A DNA stretch of 64,000 bases from Lytechinus pictus (GCF_037042905.1 NC_087245.1:2792001-2856000); one strand, 5' to 3'. Counted from the first letter of the stretch, positions 1 through 13,537 are shown. Notes: generated by a model not told the origin, from the sequence alone. Numbers and translations: made by a program.

Positions 1-99
1 ATTTGTGTGTGTAATGTACAGCGGAGCAATTGTCTCCAGAGCAACTGAAACCAGATATTCAAAACAGTATCACATATAATGTCTTTTGCCATGATGTTA

Positions 100-626
100 A
101 TTTATTTTGTTTTTGTTTTGATGTTATCGTGACGTTTTTTTTTTTCTTTTTTTTTCTTTTCTTTTTGGTTTTATGTATTTGTGATACTTTATGTCTTTTT
201 CGTTTGATGCATTTTACCTTTTGTTCTATTATTTGTCCTTGTATGCTACCTGCTTTATGCCATTTTTATATCAATAATTTTCAAAGTCTTTTAAATTGTC
301 AATTTTATAACTTATTTATAAATTTTACTTAGTTTAATTTTAGTCACACGTTTTTAAAGAAATTTCCTTTATTTCTATGATTTTGTTCGTCTTTTAAACT
401 GTCTTGATTTTAATCTAGGTTTTTAATTTTTGTTTTGATTCATTTAATGTGATATCATTGATATGTCATGTAATTTTGATTGTGTATTGTATTTTACTTT
501 ATATTAATTGTATTTCATTTATTTTGTAAATCTTTCTATGTCTACAGGGCTCTTTTGTAAAGCAGGCCTTTGGGCTCTGAAAGGACTACCCTGTTTTTAA
601 ATAAAACTGAATAAAATAAAATAAAT
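100..626 (+). mobile_element. Probable LINE 3'UTR remnant
   Basis: T-rich tract, then cagggc...ccctg stem and (AATAA)n tail. The organisation matches the LINE tail at 22962-23278. Confidence 0.4.
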
Positions 627-776
627 CATTTTTTTAAACACTATGATGTCATGAAGATAACATAACTAGTCTAATTCTAACAAATTGATTGACTCTGTAA
701 CCCATTCACCGCTTTCTCATTTCTGCATTGTTGATGGTCCCTCAGCCTTCACCACCGCTGGCATCCTTACGAAATA

Positions 777-838
777 TGACGTCACTTACACCACATCATG
801 CATGGAACACATGCCTATCGATTGAATTGATGACGTCA
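777..838. promoter_or_regulatory. Two perfect palindromic CRE sites (TGACGTCA)
   Basis: TGACGTCA at 777-784 and 831-838. Function is not demonstrated. Confidence 0.35.
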
Positions 839-1699
839 TCTGACTTTTGTTGAAGCAGAAAGACAAGTACCGCTGAGACATTTTTCTTATTTCTTCCTTG
901 TCTTGTCTTCGATTGTAGAGAGCGCATTTTGCAATTGTGCTCGTTAAATGCTCGATAATCCGATTGTAAAATATAAAAAAAGTAAAAATGTCATTTAATA
1001 CAGAAGATATTCTCTATTTTACTAAACATAACGACATTCATTATTCTTTTTTGATGGACAAGTGAAACGACCATCATAGAAAACAAAAGCTGTGGGTTTT
1101 TGAAGGAAAAAAAATGCGGTATTCCCCCTCATATTATGATTGGAGCGCTCGCTGTCTATAATAATATAATAATTATAATAGCGGTATATTTACCCAGGGT
1201 AGCCGCTTCAGTTCCGAAAACTGTTCTCTTGGTAATACAGTCTAACTTCGACACACTTTCTTGTCTTTTCATGAAAATACTGCCATTCTTATTAAACCCA
1301 CATCATTTTTTTGTTATCTTCTGCGGGAAATTTAACAATGGCGGTTATTGTTCATCACACTTTTCTGCAGGAGGAAACAAACCCGAATAGAAATAGTACA
1401 TTGCCTTTACTTCTATGTCACATCAGTTGGTATCTTTTTAATATCTGATTAAATATTATTATATTATAAAACTATTATATTTTTATCAATTAAGCCTTTA
1501 ATAAACCCGAACAGAACTTTGCAGCGAAGGAATTCATAAGCTAATTTCCTGAATGAAAAGCCCAATTATCTTTGCAATATGAAACAAACAACTTTCTCCA
1601 AATTTCCATGGTATTAACTTGGTAATATGGAATAGACAGGGTAATCATCTGAAAATTGCCACTCGGTGAAACCCCTCTTCTAAGAAATCTAGTAGATAA

Positions 1700-3548
1700 T
1701 TATATTCAAGTATGATCATACTGATTGGAGGGGAACTCTGAATCTATATATCCAGAATAGGAATTAAGCAGGTTTTATGGAGTCTCATCTCAGCATAACA
1801 ATTTCCCCTGTGTTTTCACTTACTGCAAACAATTTGACTTCTGAGATAAACAACGTTATGGTTAATGCGATTACGCCCCAACATCATTTATTTATAATGA
1901 GATATGGAAGAAAATGTATTCCTATAATTGGCTTTCTTACTGTCAAGGCAATGCTATGATTTATCCCCATTAACTTTCTGAAGCGTGGACTAAATTTTAA
2001 TCTCGGGAAGTACTTGTAATATTCATGAATTTGGATTTTTATTGTACAAAGGAATATAAGAAACCACTCATGGAGGTTATTAGTAGCAACATTATTTCAA
2101 TATTCTGATTCACTTTTTAAAACAATAATAATATACAAAAAAGGATTTATATCATAGCAAGTTTCAATTACTCAATTACAGTGAAATATATCTTTTTAAG
2201 AGTTGGATCCGATGTGTTAGCAAGAAAATGTTTTTTCTGTCTGCAGACCAAAGTTTGATAATGAAGTAAATTTGATCGGGTGAGGAATATTCTAGAGTAA
2301 TAGGTTACCTTTTTAGCATCAAACTTAAACTGTCGCTGTTTTTTTAATTTGAAAAAGAAAGACGACAAAGATGTAGGTTTTTCTGAGAACTGGACAGGCA
2401 CAATGACCGTTCAGGAAGCGATTTAAAATGTCCTATCATAATGTGACATAAGATATCACCGATATTATACCTTTACAATTTGTTGTTTGCAGTCGTTGGT
2501 TTTAAATTGAATTTTTTAAGAAAATAAATTGAAATCGCCTGTTTTCGTTACTCCTTTGTATACATTTTTCTTTAAAAGGGCAATGGACTAACTTTAAGAG
2601 TTGCGTTCAGTGTGGTTTATAATTATGCACAGCATATTTTGCATAAAGTTACACGGCGTACACTCTAAATTACAGGGATTTAAAATAAGTCCAGATGGAC
2701 TGTAGCTAGGGACCAATCGATTTCTGAATTTAGTTTTAATCCTAACGACTTAAATTTAAATCTCAAATGATTTAAATTTAAATCTTTCGAGATTTAAAAA
2801 TGAATCTTAAGGATTCAAACTAAATCCAGATTTCGATTGGTCCCTAACTACAGTCCATGTGGACTTGTTTTAAATCCCTGTAATTTAGAGTGTACATTAA
2901 GACCATTCACTTGGAACTGGAGGACAAGAAAAGGAAACAAAATCGCATTTTGCCATTTTCTTCCGGTATTTTGTATATCGTGACAGGAAGATATGCATTC
3001 ACCCCGAGATATATCTCTTAAGCCGTGGAACTTAAGAGGTATTCTGCTGGAATCAACACTTTGTAGATGAATTAGGATGTATATTCCAAGGAAATGACAC
3101 GTTATTCATCTTTTCTCTTTATACCACCGTGTAGGATGTTGAAACCATAAACAGTTCAACAACCTGAACAAAGTTCTTTGTCGTTGACAGGCCAATGACA
3201 GGGACCAGGAGAGCTTATATGGCTTCATTAATGGAAAGTAGGTGGTAATTTTTGAGGATACATCCATGGGCATTATTCTTTTGAAAGTCATGAGGCGGTA
3301 TAGAAAGGGCATCAATATCCATCCAAAAAAAATATCCGGGTTTGGCGCGCATCGTAACGCAAGAATTTCATAAACGATTCCCATGCATCACGTGATCTTC
3401 TGCAGAAAAGTAGGAAGGGTGAAATAAAGATCTCAGCGATGGTGAAAGTGATGAAGATAAGATTATTGGAGGAATGGAGTCATAGAAGACCAAACGAAAT
3501 TGAAAGCACGAACAGAATATCGACAAATAATAAATTTGTTAAAATATT
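1700..3548 (-). pseudogene. Highly decayed rhodopsin-like GPCR pseudogene, interrupted by a MITE
   Basis: Minus-strand fragments occur in GPCR order: TM2-like LHSSNNLIFITFTIAEIFISPFLL, TM3/ICL2-like IFFLDGY* then PFLYRLMTFKR, TM5-like YYSRIFL, TM6-like CWGVIALTITLF and TM7-like FWIYRFRVP. There are many stops and frameshifts. Confidence 0.4.
2661..2892. mobile_element. Palindromic MITE with TA target duplication (Tc1/mariner-type)
   Basis: Long TIRs CACTCTAAATTACAGGGATTTAAAA...TTTTAAATCCCTGTAATTTAGAGTG, flanked by TA at 2659-2660 and 2893-2894. Confidence 0.85.
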
Positions 3549-6500
3549 AATTACAAGGATTTAAGATAAAGGAGAGAACAAAGAGAGGGAGAGAGAGAGA
3601 AGATGAGAGATGGAGAGAGATGGAAAGAGAGAGAGAGAGAGGGGGGGGGGGTATGGGAGGGGGAGTAGATTAGAGAAAGGGGCACACAGAGAGGGGGAGA
3701 GAGAAACAAGTGGGTGTGGGTGGAGAGCATATCATACCGGTTAATAAAGCAAATTATTTGTTCTGGATTCAACCAAATTTCCGGCCACGTCAGACGGAAA
3801 CGAAAGCGCCGCCCAGTTATAATGCTGTCAAAATATACGTCCCTTTAGTCAATTTATTTCCCTCTACGCCTGTACAATTGCAGCTCTCTCGATGACCACC
3901 GACCGGTCCTTTATTTACAAAGGATACGACGGTTTAATGAAACGGTTGGTGACAGAAGTCGAAGAGTCTTGGCGTCTCTAGGCATCCGAACCAGGACTTA
4001 GCCACAAAATGTCCTTTTGTGTCTTTTCAGGGAAATACGAGTTCATTTGACATCTTGGATCTTGAAGAAGCAGACCGGGAATGATTTCGTTATAACTTTA
4101 TGAACAATATTGAAAAAGCCACAGACAGAGTGTTATTTATTTTAATGAATGGTTGGTATCCTTGACGTGATTTGATTAATTTAACACTGATGGTCAAGTG
4201 GTCATTCATAAAACGGACTGAATTCCTTTGTTGTCAACATCTACTGTGCTACAAACAGGAGTAAATCCTCCCCAAGGAAATGGAAAATACTAATATAGCT
4301 CTGTATTAAAAATGTGTTTCAATTCGGTACAAAATATGTAATCGACGATCATTACAGACAAAAAAAAATAAACTGAGGTACATTTGTTTAGTTTTTAAAA
4401 TTTCAGCAAACTATAAATACAGTTTGGAAACCAAGTCAATCTTATGATGAGATGATTGAATCAAGAAGAGTAAAAACTATTGGTATATTGCTAATGCTAT
4501 GTTTTCAAGAATACATATGCTCTATTAAGGAAAAAAAAACCGCTTAGATAAATGTATAAAAAGAGAAAGACAAATATACTGTTGGTATTAATTTACAAGC
4601 ACATGGGATTCTGAATTGGAGCAATCCTGATGAAATTGTCTATGAGCATGATCCTTGTTAGATATGAAATGATTAATGTCGGTCACATTTGCTATAGGTC
4701 CTTAAAGAATGCCATTTCCTTGGTGGAAAACTATTCGACTTTGGTTAATAAAAAAGCTTGATGTTGATTGAGAGTATAACTTTCATATCATTTATAAATT
4801 CTCGGTGACATTCCATAATGCTGATAAACCTAACATCGTTATGAATACTTTACGTGTTTGATAAATGAATTATACCTCGGTAAAGACAGAACACTGACAT
4901 TATCAAACATTGTTCGCCTCCAGTTATTGATTAACAAGTGTCGTAACTAAAACACCCCAATATTCTTTTTTTCTGTAAATATATGCTTTAAAGATTATTC
5001 ATGAAAGGTTGATACCCTAACTACCGAGTAACGTGACCTTTTGTATAATTTTCATTAGGCAAAATATTTATTATGTTTACTCTCAATCGTACCTACCGTG
5101 ATATGTTCTTATGTATGAATGTCTACTTTTTGTGTTGTATTCTGTCCTCTTTTCAACGTTCTTAATAATTTTTGGAAATTGGTTTAGTGTTATTCTCTCC
5201 TCTTCTCGTTACACTGCCCCTCTCTTTAAAGCTCTTGATGTTTTCTGAAATGTAGACGTTAAATGTGTACCTTTACAAACGATGACTTGGTACAATTCGA
5301 CCAAGGTGGTTAACAAAATCAACACGTGTCTTCTCGAGGGGTATAGTATAGACCTGCAGTTTGGTGAAGAAAGTATTACATTACATTGATTTATTAAGAA
5401 GTGACAGTGTGATAGCTGAATGTTTTCTTGTGAAACATCCTTTGGGGGAAAATTATGTTTATTTATTTTTAACATAAAGCGGTTCATTTAATTTCACTCT
5501 TCTTTTCATTTTTTTTCCTCTCCCAAAGCAAGCTTTCTCCCCATTTTTGCATTTCCATTTCTTACCAAAGCGAGCCGGTAAAAAAAAAAAGAATTTGCCC
5601 CTTTTTTTCAAAGGTACTTTTACTTTCTGATGATGCTATTATTGGCAATAAATACGAATTGCGAATAGTACAATCAAAATAGAATTATGAAACTATACTT
5701 GGAGACTTTTGAAAAAACGTTTATTCATTCCTCTTTTTTGTATTCGAGATTCCGCAATTTTTAATGTTAAATTTAACTCCGGGGAAATGATGGTCTTTGC
5801 TGCATGCCATCGAAACTACATGTATGTCACATGATCTCTCGTGTGACGTTGTAGACTCTACTTGACAGCGAATGTCTCTAGTAGCCCAGTTCTCACAGAC
5901 GTTTGTTTCTTGACGTTAGGTTTGAGACCAGATTCAAAATTATCATCAAGCTTAAAGGAGCAAATGGACAAGAATGGGGTGGGAATGAAAAAGGCTTAAG
6001 TTGAATATTTATCCGGTGAAATCAAATTATGACTTTTTAAAACCATCGTTAAATGACAAGTAAAGATATTTAGAGTTTCCATCTTCCTCTCTCCACTTTT
6101 CAACAGTATGCCCACCTACGTCTTTTTAAAGTCTCCATCTTATACGATCTCTTTCATTGTGGGTCTAGCTTCAAATTATATATTATTGTTATCTTGATAT
6201 CGTTTGCACTTGCATCAATTTCAATTTGTGAAGACGGGGTGATTTGGCGCTCCCTGTGAATGGGATAACTAGTCAATTACGAGCCCACACTCACTAACAG
6301 TCTTGTTTACACTGCTATCCACAGCCTTAACAATTTATTTTACCTTCAATAACGAACTCCGTATGGTAGCTTGAGCGCGCCCACACGAAATGAAATTTGT
6401 TCCTAACACACACAAATCCGTCATAAATCATGTCAAACAAGGCATCGTTATGGAGACCCATGAGGACTTATATTGGTACTTGCAGAAGGTGATGAAAGAC

Positions 6501-8317
6501 CATATTTCTCTGCTTTTTATCTTTATTTTTTCTAGGATTCCTGTGTGTGATTGAAGATAAGTCACGATTTGTTTGAGTTCTCTTTTCTCAGGCTGTCAAT
6601 TGGGCTGTCTTGAGGATTGTTCGTATTATTTGGTCAAGCTCATTTTCATTACATTCGAGTGCACCCTTGTCTTAGCTTACTTTCTTGAAGATATCAGTCG
6701 TATATTATTTCTGCTAATCCATACGCTCTTGCTTTTCTCCCAAAACTTTCGTCGATTTATGCAACATTCCGTGTAGAGTTTCATTATCTTGTTTACATCC
6801 GAAGTATGCAATTGCATTATAAAAAAGTTACAATGTAGTTTCTTCTTTCTATTGTGCTCTCATCTGTTTCTACATGTATCAGAAAAGTCGTACTATTATT
6901 TTTTTTTAAAGAAACTAATCAAGTTTTCCCATTGACATGCTTGCTCATTGGTTTACTGTTTACTCAGCAAAAAAAAAAGGGTTTTATATTGTCAAATTCC
7001 ATATAACGAATACATATTTCGTTACAATCGGCGTTTAGGAAATCTCAATATTGAGTTATGTAGCCAGAGGATGATGTAGTGACCCAACACTATTATTATT
7101 TATTAATTTGTTATTAAACGGTTTATTTCAAATTCACACTGAAAATAGCAGCCAAAAGGGTGAATTGTATTCAGTTTACAACATGGTATATACAGACATA
7201 TTAAAAAACATATAACTTACAATAAAATAGGCAAAGAAAAAATGAATTGGTTATATACAATAATTATATGACAAGGAAAGCTCAGAGGTAGAATAAAGTA
7301 GCTAGAACATGGTAAAAAGAAAAACAACGTGAAATAGGGAAAGGAGGGAGACAGGAACAAAGTCAAAGAGGTTGGGAATTTAGCCAAGATGAAAAACAAT
7401 AATCGGAAAAAGTAATTATAGTGTAACAAAATAGACTTGAAATATTAATATATTGCAGTGAAACATTCTAACCACGTGTTAAGCACATCTAATCACCATG
7501 AACATACATTGCTGACTATTTTCTGACCATTTTCTACTGGTTAGTGGCCAGTAACGGTTGTTCTCCTCGCTCTCATTGAGCTTGAACGGCGGTCCAATCA
7601 TGGCCACTTTGCAGAGCTGTTCTTCAAGGACCCTTTCATCCCTCAAAGTGCCACTAGAGAAGTGCCCCCCTTCCCCTAGGGGAAGACCCCCAAATCTTCA
7701 GTCGTTTTTCCCCTAGCCGTAATTTTCCCCCACTCAAGTCTTCGCGGAAATTTATCCCTTGGGCATTTATGGTAGCAAACCTGAGAAAAGTTCACCGATA
7801 AGAAAGAGATACGTGGTATATATTTGGGTGTACTTGTGTTCCATGCATTGGCTTACCTATTCATTTTTACAGAGGCAGACTTCACAGGCAGAGTGTAAGG
7901 AAGGGGATCACGATAGAAAGAACGAGTGAAGAGTTTAAATATGACTAACAAAGATGTAACCAAATTTATCCATGCGATTCTAATTCCATCAATATAAAAA
8001 TCGACTTGGAATGTGACGTGGTGTCACACGAAATCATTGAAATACAAGCCAATGTCACGTAAACTTTGCGACTTAAAAGTCCGTCTACTGGTGTCCAAAC
8101 ACCATGAAACTCATTCTAAAATGTCAAAATTTTGTAATCATGGACTGACATGACAATATGGAGATTATCATTGAATAATAAGTTAGCAATATTTGATTAT
8201 ATTCCATTCTACTTCTCCTTTCTTTCTCTTTCCTCTTTCTCTTCTTATTTCTCATTCTTCTCCTTATTCTTTCCTTCATTCCTCTTTTGTTCTTCTCCTA
8301 TCCGTCTTCAGGTCACT

Positions 8318-8577
8318 ATGGCAAATAGACAACTCGTCGCCATCGCCGTCATCGTGTCCCTCGCCCTCACTGTCGTCGACGCAAGGAACTTCCATGCGAT
8401 CGGTGGTCCTCGACCATGGGCTGCAGGAGGAGCCAAGCAGCAATTAAGCGCCCTTCCCGGTGGTAAAGATGGCAACCCATTCATCAAGAGACTAAGGCAG
8501 CTTGTCTTCCAACCAGAAGCATTCTACGATCCTGGAATGGACCAGTTCGCCTTTGGAGAGGGTTTCAACGCCGATGA
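8318..8577 (+). CDS. Np8: Neuropeptide precursor, main coding exon (87 aa in total; the last base and stop are in the next exon)
   Basis: A long polypyrimidine tract and CAG acceptor (8309-8311) precede ATG 8318. The protein has a hydrophobic signal peptide MANRQLVAIAVIVSLALTVVDA (22 aa), a 34-aa segment, a dibasic KR site, then acidic LRQLVFQPEAFYDPGMDQFAFGEGFNADE. The donor GTATGT is at 8578. From memory it closely resembles S. purpuratus Spnp8; the symbol is unverified. Confidence 0.85.
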
Positions 8578-8857
8578 GTATGTACCTATTTGCCCCTTAA
8601 ACACAATTTAACATTGTTAGCATAATATTATTATGATTAAAAGGATCAAAGTTAATATGATATAATAAGAGATATGGATATCTTGATCGTTACATAGAAA
8701 TATCTGAGAATGTAAATTGAGACTAATTGCAACGGCTAAGGTCGGAAGTAATCAGAAATGTGGAATATATACTCTCGTTTGGAGAACCATTCTTTAAAAG
8801 AAACTTTTTTTGGCAATCATTTCCAAAATTTTTTTAAGATATTACGATCAACAATAC

Positions 8858-9463
8858 TTAAAGGACAAGTCCACCCCAACATAAAGTTGGTTTGAATAAA
8901 AAGATAAATATCAAAGAAGCATAACACTGAAAAATTTCATCTATATCGGATGTAAAATAAGCAAGTTTTAAGTTTTGCTTGATTTCACAAAAAAAAACAT
9001 ATTTACATCCACATCGGTATGCAAATGAGGAGACTGTTGACATAGCATTCACTCACTATTTCTTTTATATTCTATTACATGGAATATCAAATATTATAAT
9101 TTTCCCCTCATTGTCCTGTGAAACGAAGTTTTGTTCCTTCCAGAACATGTGTATATATATCATTGTTTTAACATGTGGTTGAAACTAGGGGATTCTTCTT
9201 GTAAAATCTGTAAAAATTGAAATATTGTATAATTCAAACTATGAAAAACAAACCAAAAAAATATTGAGGGACATCATCGACTCTCTCATCGGCATATCAC
9301 TTAGTTGTGGATATAATTTTCTTTTGAAAAATGAGCGAAATTTTCAAATGTCATAACTTTCTTATTTTACATCCTATTTTGATGAGATTTTCAGTGTTGT
9401 GCTTGTTTAATGTTTCTCTTTTTATTCAAATCAACTTTTATCTGGGGTGGGCTTGAACTTTAA
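8858..9463. mobile_element. TTAA-flanked non-autonomous DNA transposon (Kolobok-type termini) in the neuropeptide intron
   Basis: TTAA-AGGACAAGTCCACCCCA...TGGGGTGGGCTTGAACT-TTAA, with extended imperfect inverted arms. Confidence 0.75.
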
Positions 9464-10653
9464 TATATTACCATAAGAAATATTGTGTTCTGTATTTTTT
9501 AATAATAAAGAAATCATCATATTTTCAATCTATTAACTGGATAAGCAAAGTGAAACCATATTTCATAGTGCTTTGATGATGAATTAATGAGAAGAAAAAG
9601 ACAGAACATTATATGTATTAATAAATATTAGAATCTCTGATCTAATAATCATAAGTGACAACTCTGTGATGAATTTCTCGTTTGTACATGAAAGAAAAGA
9701 CTACGCTCTCCGATTCCTGTCAGAGTTTTGTTAACTTTCTTTTAAAACTCATATTATTAAAAAAAAAAAAAAATATTGCGTAGTTTCACCATGGACACAC
9801 AACTTCCATACTCTAGATCTTCTGTACTATGTTGAGTTATTTGTAATTACTTATCATATCAATGTCAACCAAACATGGCGTGGATGACCGAAAAGATACT
9901 AGATTTGTATTCCAACATTACAAACAACGTATTATGATATGTGCGAATGCATTATCAAACCCATAATATTGTAACGCTATATTTACATTTCACTGATTAT
10001 ATTGTGCGCGCTGTTTTTTTTATTATCAATTTGCAACAAAAGGGCGCTTTATAAAATGAGTATCGGTGAATATGTAGGGACGAAAAGAGTCTATTCTTAA
10101 ATATTAAGTAGCACTTATTCCATAGTGCCAAACGGATAGAGCTCCTATAGTTTCTACTTCCTACTCTCCATTCATTTCCTCTACATAATTATGCTGATGA
10201 CGTGTCACCGTTTCTGTATTTATATGCTTATAAGGTATATCTATAGCATTTACTGCATTCCTCTCTTTCACCTTCAATTTCACATTATCACCTTCTCGCA
10301 TTTATCAATAAACCAAACAGTGTAACAATCCTAAATCCTTTTCTATAGCGTCTTTTAGTGTAATTCACTTTAGATTGTTACTGGTACAACAGGTGTTTAT
10401 ATTTCACCTTATTTTTATCCTTGGGGAAAAGGCACTAAAGTGCAGACATGCTAGATATTCAAATTGTATTGATGGAAGGAGAGAAACGAGAAAATACCCA
10501 AAATAGACATGGTTGAAATGTGCTCCCCTTGGCAATAGGCTACCACATTCGGCAAAGGACGTATTCTTGATTAGTTCTGTTTCTGGTATTGTCCATTGAC
10601 TCTGAGATATGATGACAACTTGCAGCAGAATTTAGAAAAAAAAGTGAATTTAG

Positions 10654-11050
10654 TTAAAGTGATTGGTTAACATTGGTTTGACTTTAAAAAAATCTGAGTT
10701 AGAAGGTCACACTTGTCACCTGTGTCTGTGATATTTTACCAAAATGAAGCCCAGAAAAAATTGCGTTCGAAAATAATTATTTAGTGCTTCAAAAATTGAA
10801 ATATAAAGTGACCGAAAACACCATCTTAATTTCATCCCATACACTTATGTGTACTATTTAGGCGTCTATTAGGCGTCTATAAGACGCCTATTTACAAAAT
10901 CGGGGTTTGCCTTGTAGTTTTAGCTTTTCATTCTCAATAATGGTTGTTTTCAGGGTTTATTAGTTCTAATACATGCACTTGTACACATGTTTCATCTTGG
11001 TTTGACATTTTTTTAAATCGGCTGCTCACAAAGTTAAACAATACCTTTAA
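10654..11050. mobile_element. TTAA-flanked non-autonomous DNA transposon (Kolobok-type)
   Basis: TTAA-AGTGATTGGTTAAC...GTTAAACAATACCT-TTAA with imperfect TIRs. Confidence 0.6.
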
Positions 11051-11265
11051 GCTGTAGCCAGTGAAAATGTTCAAGAGCGGTAAGTTACATATGCTCGCGC
11101 ACGATGATTCTTATCACAGAAGATAGAACATTTCATGCAATTCAACTTACAATAATGATCATAATGATAGAAAACTAAAAACTATTAAGTATAACTTTTT
11201 GCGACGTGTAACTCTTAATCAGTGCAACCATCTTTAATTCATTTTCTTATCTTGATAACTTTCAG

Positions 11266-11319
11266 ATAGAGAACTCATCAACGACACAAACGATACTGAA
11301 TAAACATTTATTTTTTCAG
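11266..11319 (+). CDS. Neuropeptide gene micro-exon that completes the Glu codon (GA|A), carries the TAG stop, then 3'UTR
   Basis: Acceptor ...cttgataactttcag at 11264-11265. The exon starts A-TAG, so the spliced sequence reads GAA TAG. It ends at a consensus donor CAG|GTAAGT at 11320. Confidence 0.7.
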
Positions 11320-11794
11320 GTAAGTATTTTTGCTTGAATAAGGGAAACAAACTAACGAATAAATACATGTCATACCATTTTCAATACCTATAATTGTTGT
11401 ATTCCTCATATTCGTTTGATTTTATGTAAATTCAAGTGTGATTTAGTGTTTAACTTCATGCATGTTGGGGGACATGGGGAGGGGAGTGATAACTCGAAAT
11501 ATGACAAGGACACATTTACATGCTAAAGAAGCATTTAATTCGAAAAAATCAAAGTAATATTTACCTATACTTACTACAAGGATGATACCGTGTTTCTTGC
11601 TTGGTGCTTGGACTACCATTGAGAGGTACCAGATTTCTCCAGATAGGTTCAAATCAAATTAAGAACTTTAGGGTTCAAGGTGAACCAAATACCTCACCAG
11701 GCCATACATTGAACCAATATATACTGCATCATGATTGATAAAACATCTATTTCGTAAATTATTAATCCAACTTCTCTTTCTCACTTTAATACAG

Positions 11795-12226
11795 GAAATT
11801 ACCCCCACCAGCCTAGCATTGCAGATAGAATCCTGCAGACTCTAGCTTATGATGACGCTCTCTGTTGATTACCTCAGCACCGGAATGTGCACCAACCCTA
11901 CCCATGAATCCAGAGTTCTGCTCCCACCCAATCGCCTGTTTTAGTTGCAAACCACTAGTTTGTTTCATCTTATAATATTTTTGTTATGGAGGCCAACTGA
12001 AAAGCACTTTCGTGTGGCAAACCATACTGCTTTCGTATTGAAGCAATACGACAAAATGGTGAACTAATAGCTGTCATCCAAATAAACGAAGATATTTTTA
12101 CAGTAACTCATTCGTGAAAGGGAAATGGTACTTCGACATATAAAAGTAGATGACAACACTGGAATTTTTCTTTTCCAGTGGTAATGTGTATCATGCAAAT
12201 TTCTAGAGGTGGAGGAGAGAAAAAGG

Positions 12227-12257
<31 letters not shown>

Positions 12258-13060
12258 GGAGAGAGAGAGAAATAAAAAAAAAAGAGAGACAGAGATCTCA
12301 AGCATAGTATTTTGCGGTTGGCCACTTCGAATGTGCATAAAACTGCAAACAAATTGGCAAGATACATTGCACTGCTTTCAAATTAGATACTAATCTCATA
12401 GGTAGATGGATTGAAATAATTACACAACCGTGGACCAAATCAAAAGATAAACAACCATAAAACCACTATTCATTTTACGATTCTACGTGCAATCTTTATT
12501 TGTCCTCTAATGTGCAATGTTATTTGAAGTTTAAAATTATTGTTATATTCCTACACAGAGATGATGACTGCAATTTGTCATACCTGTAGATGAAAGTAAT
12601 TTATTTTCTTGTAAATAATAGTTTACCTGTGGCTTATTTTCTACATTCTGTAAAAAAAAATATTAATTTTATGACTTTGCACGCAATCCGCCATGTGTAA
12701 TTATGTTAGCACATAAATTAGATGTGTGTTATTGCTCAAGTTGGTATAGAAAGAGATATAGCGCCAACTGCGGCATTTATTGTTTGGTGAGTAAGTGTAT
12801 TTTAGAAACACCAGCCATTCATATTAGTCCGCATTGACACTAGAGAACCTACATAATATCAGATTGATCAGATGAAATTCATATGAACCCAACAATTTTC
12901 TATCTCACCTAGCCTTGTCTTATCACAATGACAATAACCCAGTGTCATGTATATAAATCGTTATGGAGATTTTATCAAATCATTAATATTGTTGGTCCAA
13001 ATTGTTTTCTCATTGTATTTATTTATTTAGTTATATATGAAATAAATTAGTTCACAGCCC
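11795..13060 (+). other. Probable terminal 3'UTR exon of the neuropeptide gene (3' end uncertain)
   Basis: Acceptor cttctctttctcactttaatacag ends at 11794. Candidate AATAAA signals include 12081 and 13041. Confidence 0.45.
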
Positions 13061-13205
13061 ACACTGTGCTTATACCCGTAAATTCAATGGCAAACTTTCC
13101 TTTTTTTCTCACAGTAAAGAGAGTTGTGTATGGAGAAGTGGGAAGAATGAAGTGTACTCAAATGAAAACAATATCGAAAAAATGATGGTTGAGAAGAATA
13201 TACGT

Positions 13206-13256
<51 letters not shown>

Positions 13257-13292
13257 CGAAGAAGCTCAAAAAGCATTGAAGCTAGATATATA

Positions 13293-13338
<46 letters not shown>

Positions 13339-13524
13339 GCTGGGGGCCCGGGTTCGATTCCCGGCAGATACATTTTTTCGGCATCACCAATTTTTCCAAA
13401 GGGCAGAAAGCTCTGGGGAAATTTGATTTAAGCTACTCCTACCATTGTTCTCTTCATCTATTTCTTTCACAAAATATTTAAATAAAAGAGTTCCCAAAGC
13501 TGTTGTACATGTATAATTTCTCAC
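13339..13524 (+). mobile_element. Partial copy of the tRNA-cassette element between (TA)n tracts
   Basis: Intact T-arm/B-box CCGGGTTCGATTCCCGG followed by TTTTTT. The downstream sequence is homologous to the reverse complement of 46158-46345. Confidence 0.75.
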
Positions 13525-13537
13525 ATATATATATAAA

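Noticed and set aside
6536..7894. Candidate 5'UTR exons of the neuropeptide gene (from 6536; 7873-7894)
   Set aside because: Splice-like signals are present but cannot be distinguished from background without transcript data.
8150..8611. 153-aa ORF as a single-exon protein
   Set aside because: The first 56 codons are an intronic polypyrimidine tract ending in CAG, and the last ten codons follow a GTATGT donor.
13084..13481. IYIYIY ORFs
   Set aside because: They are translations of (TA)n microsatellites.
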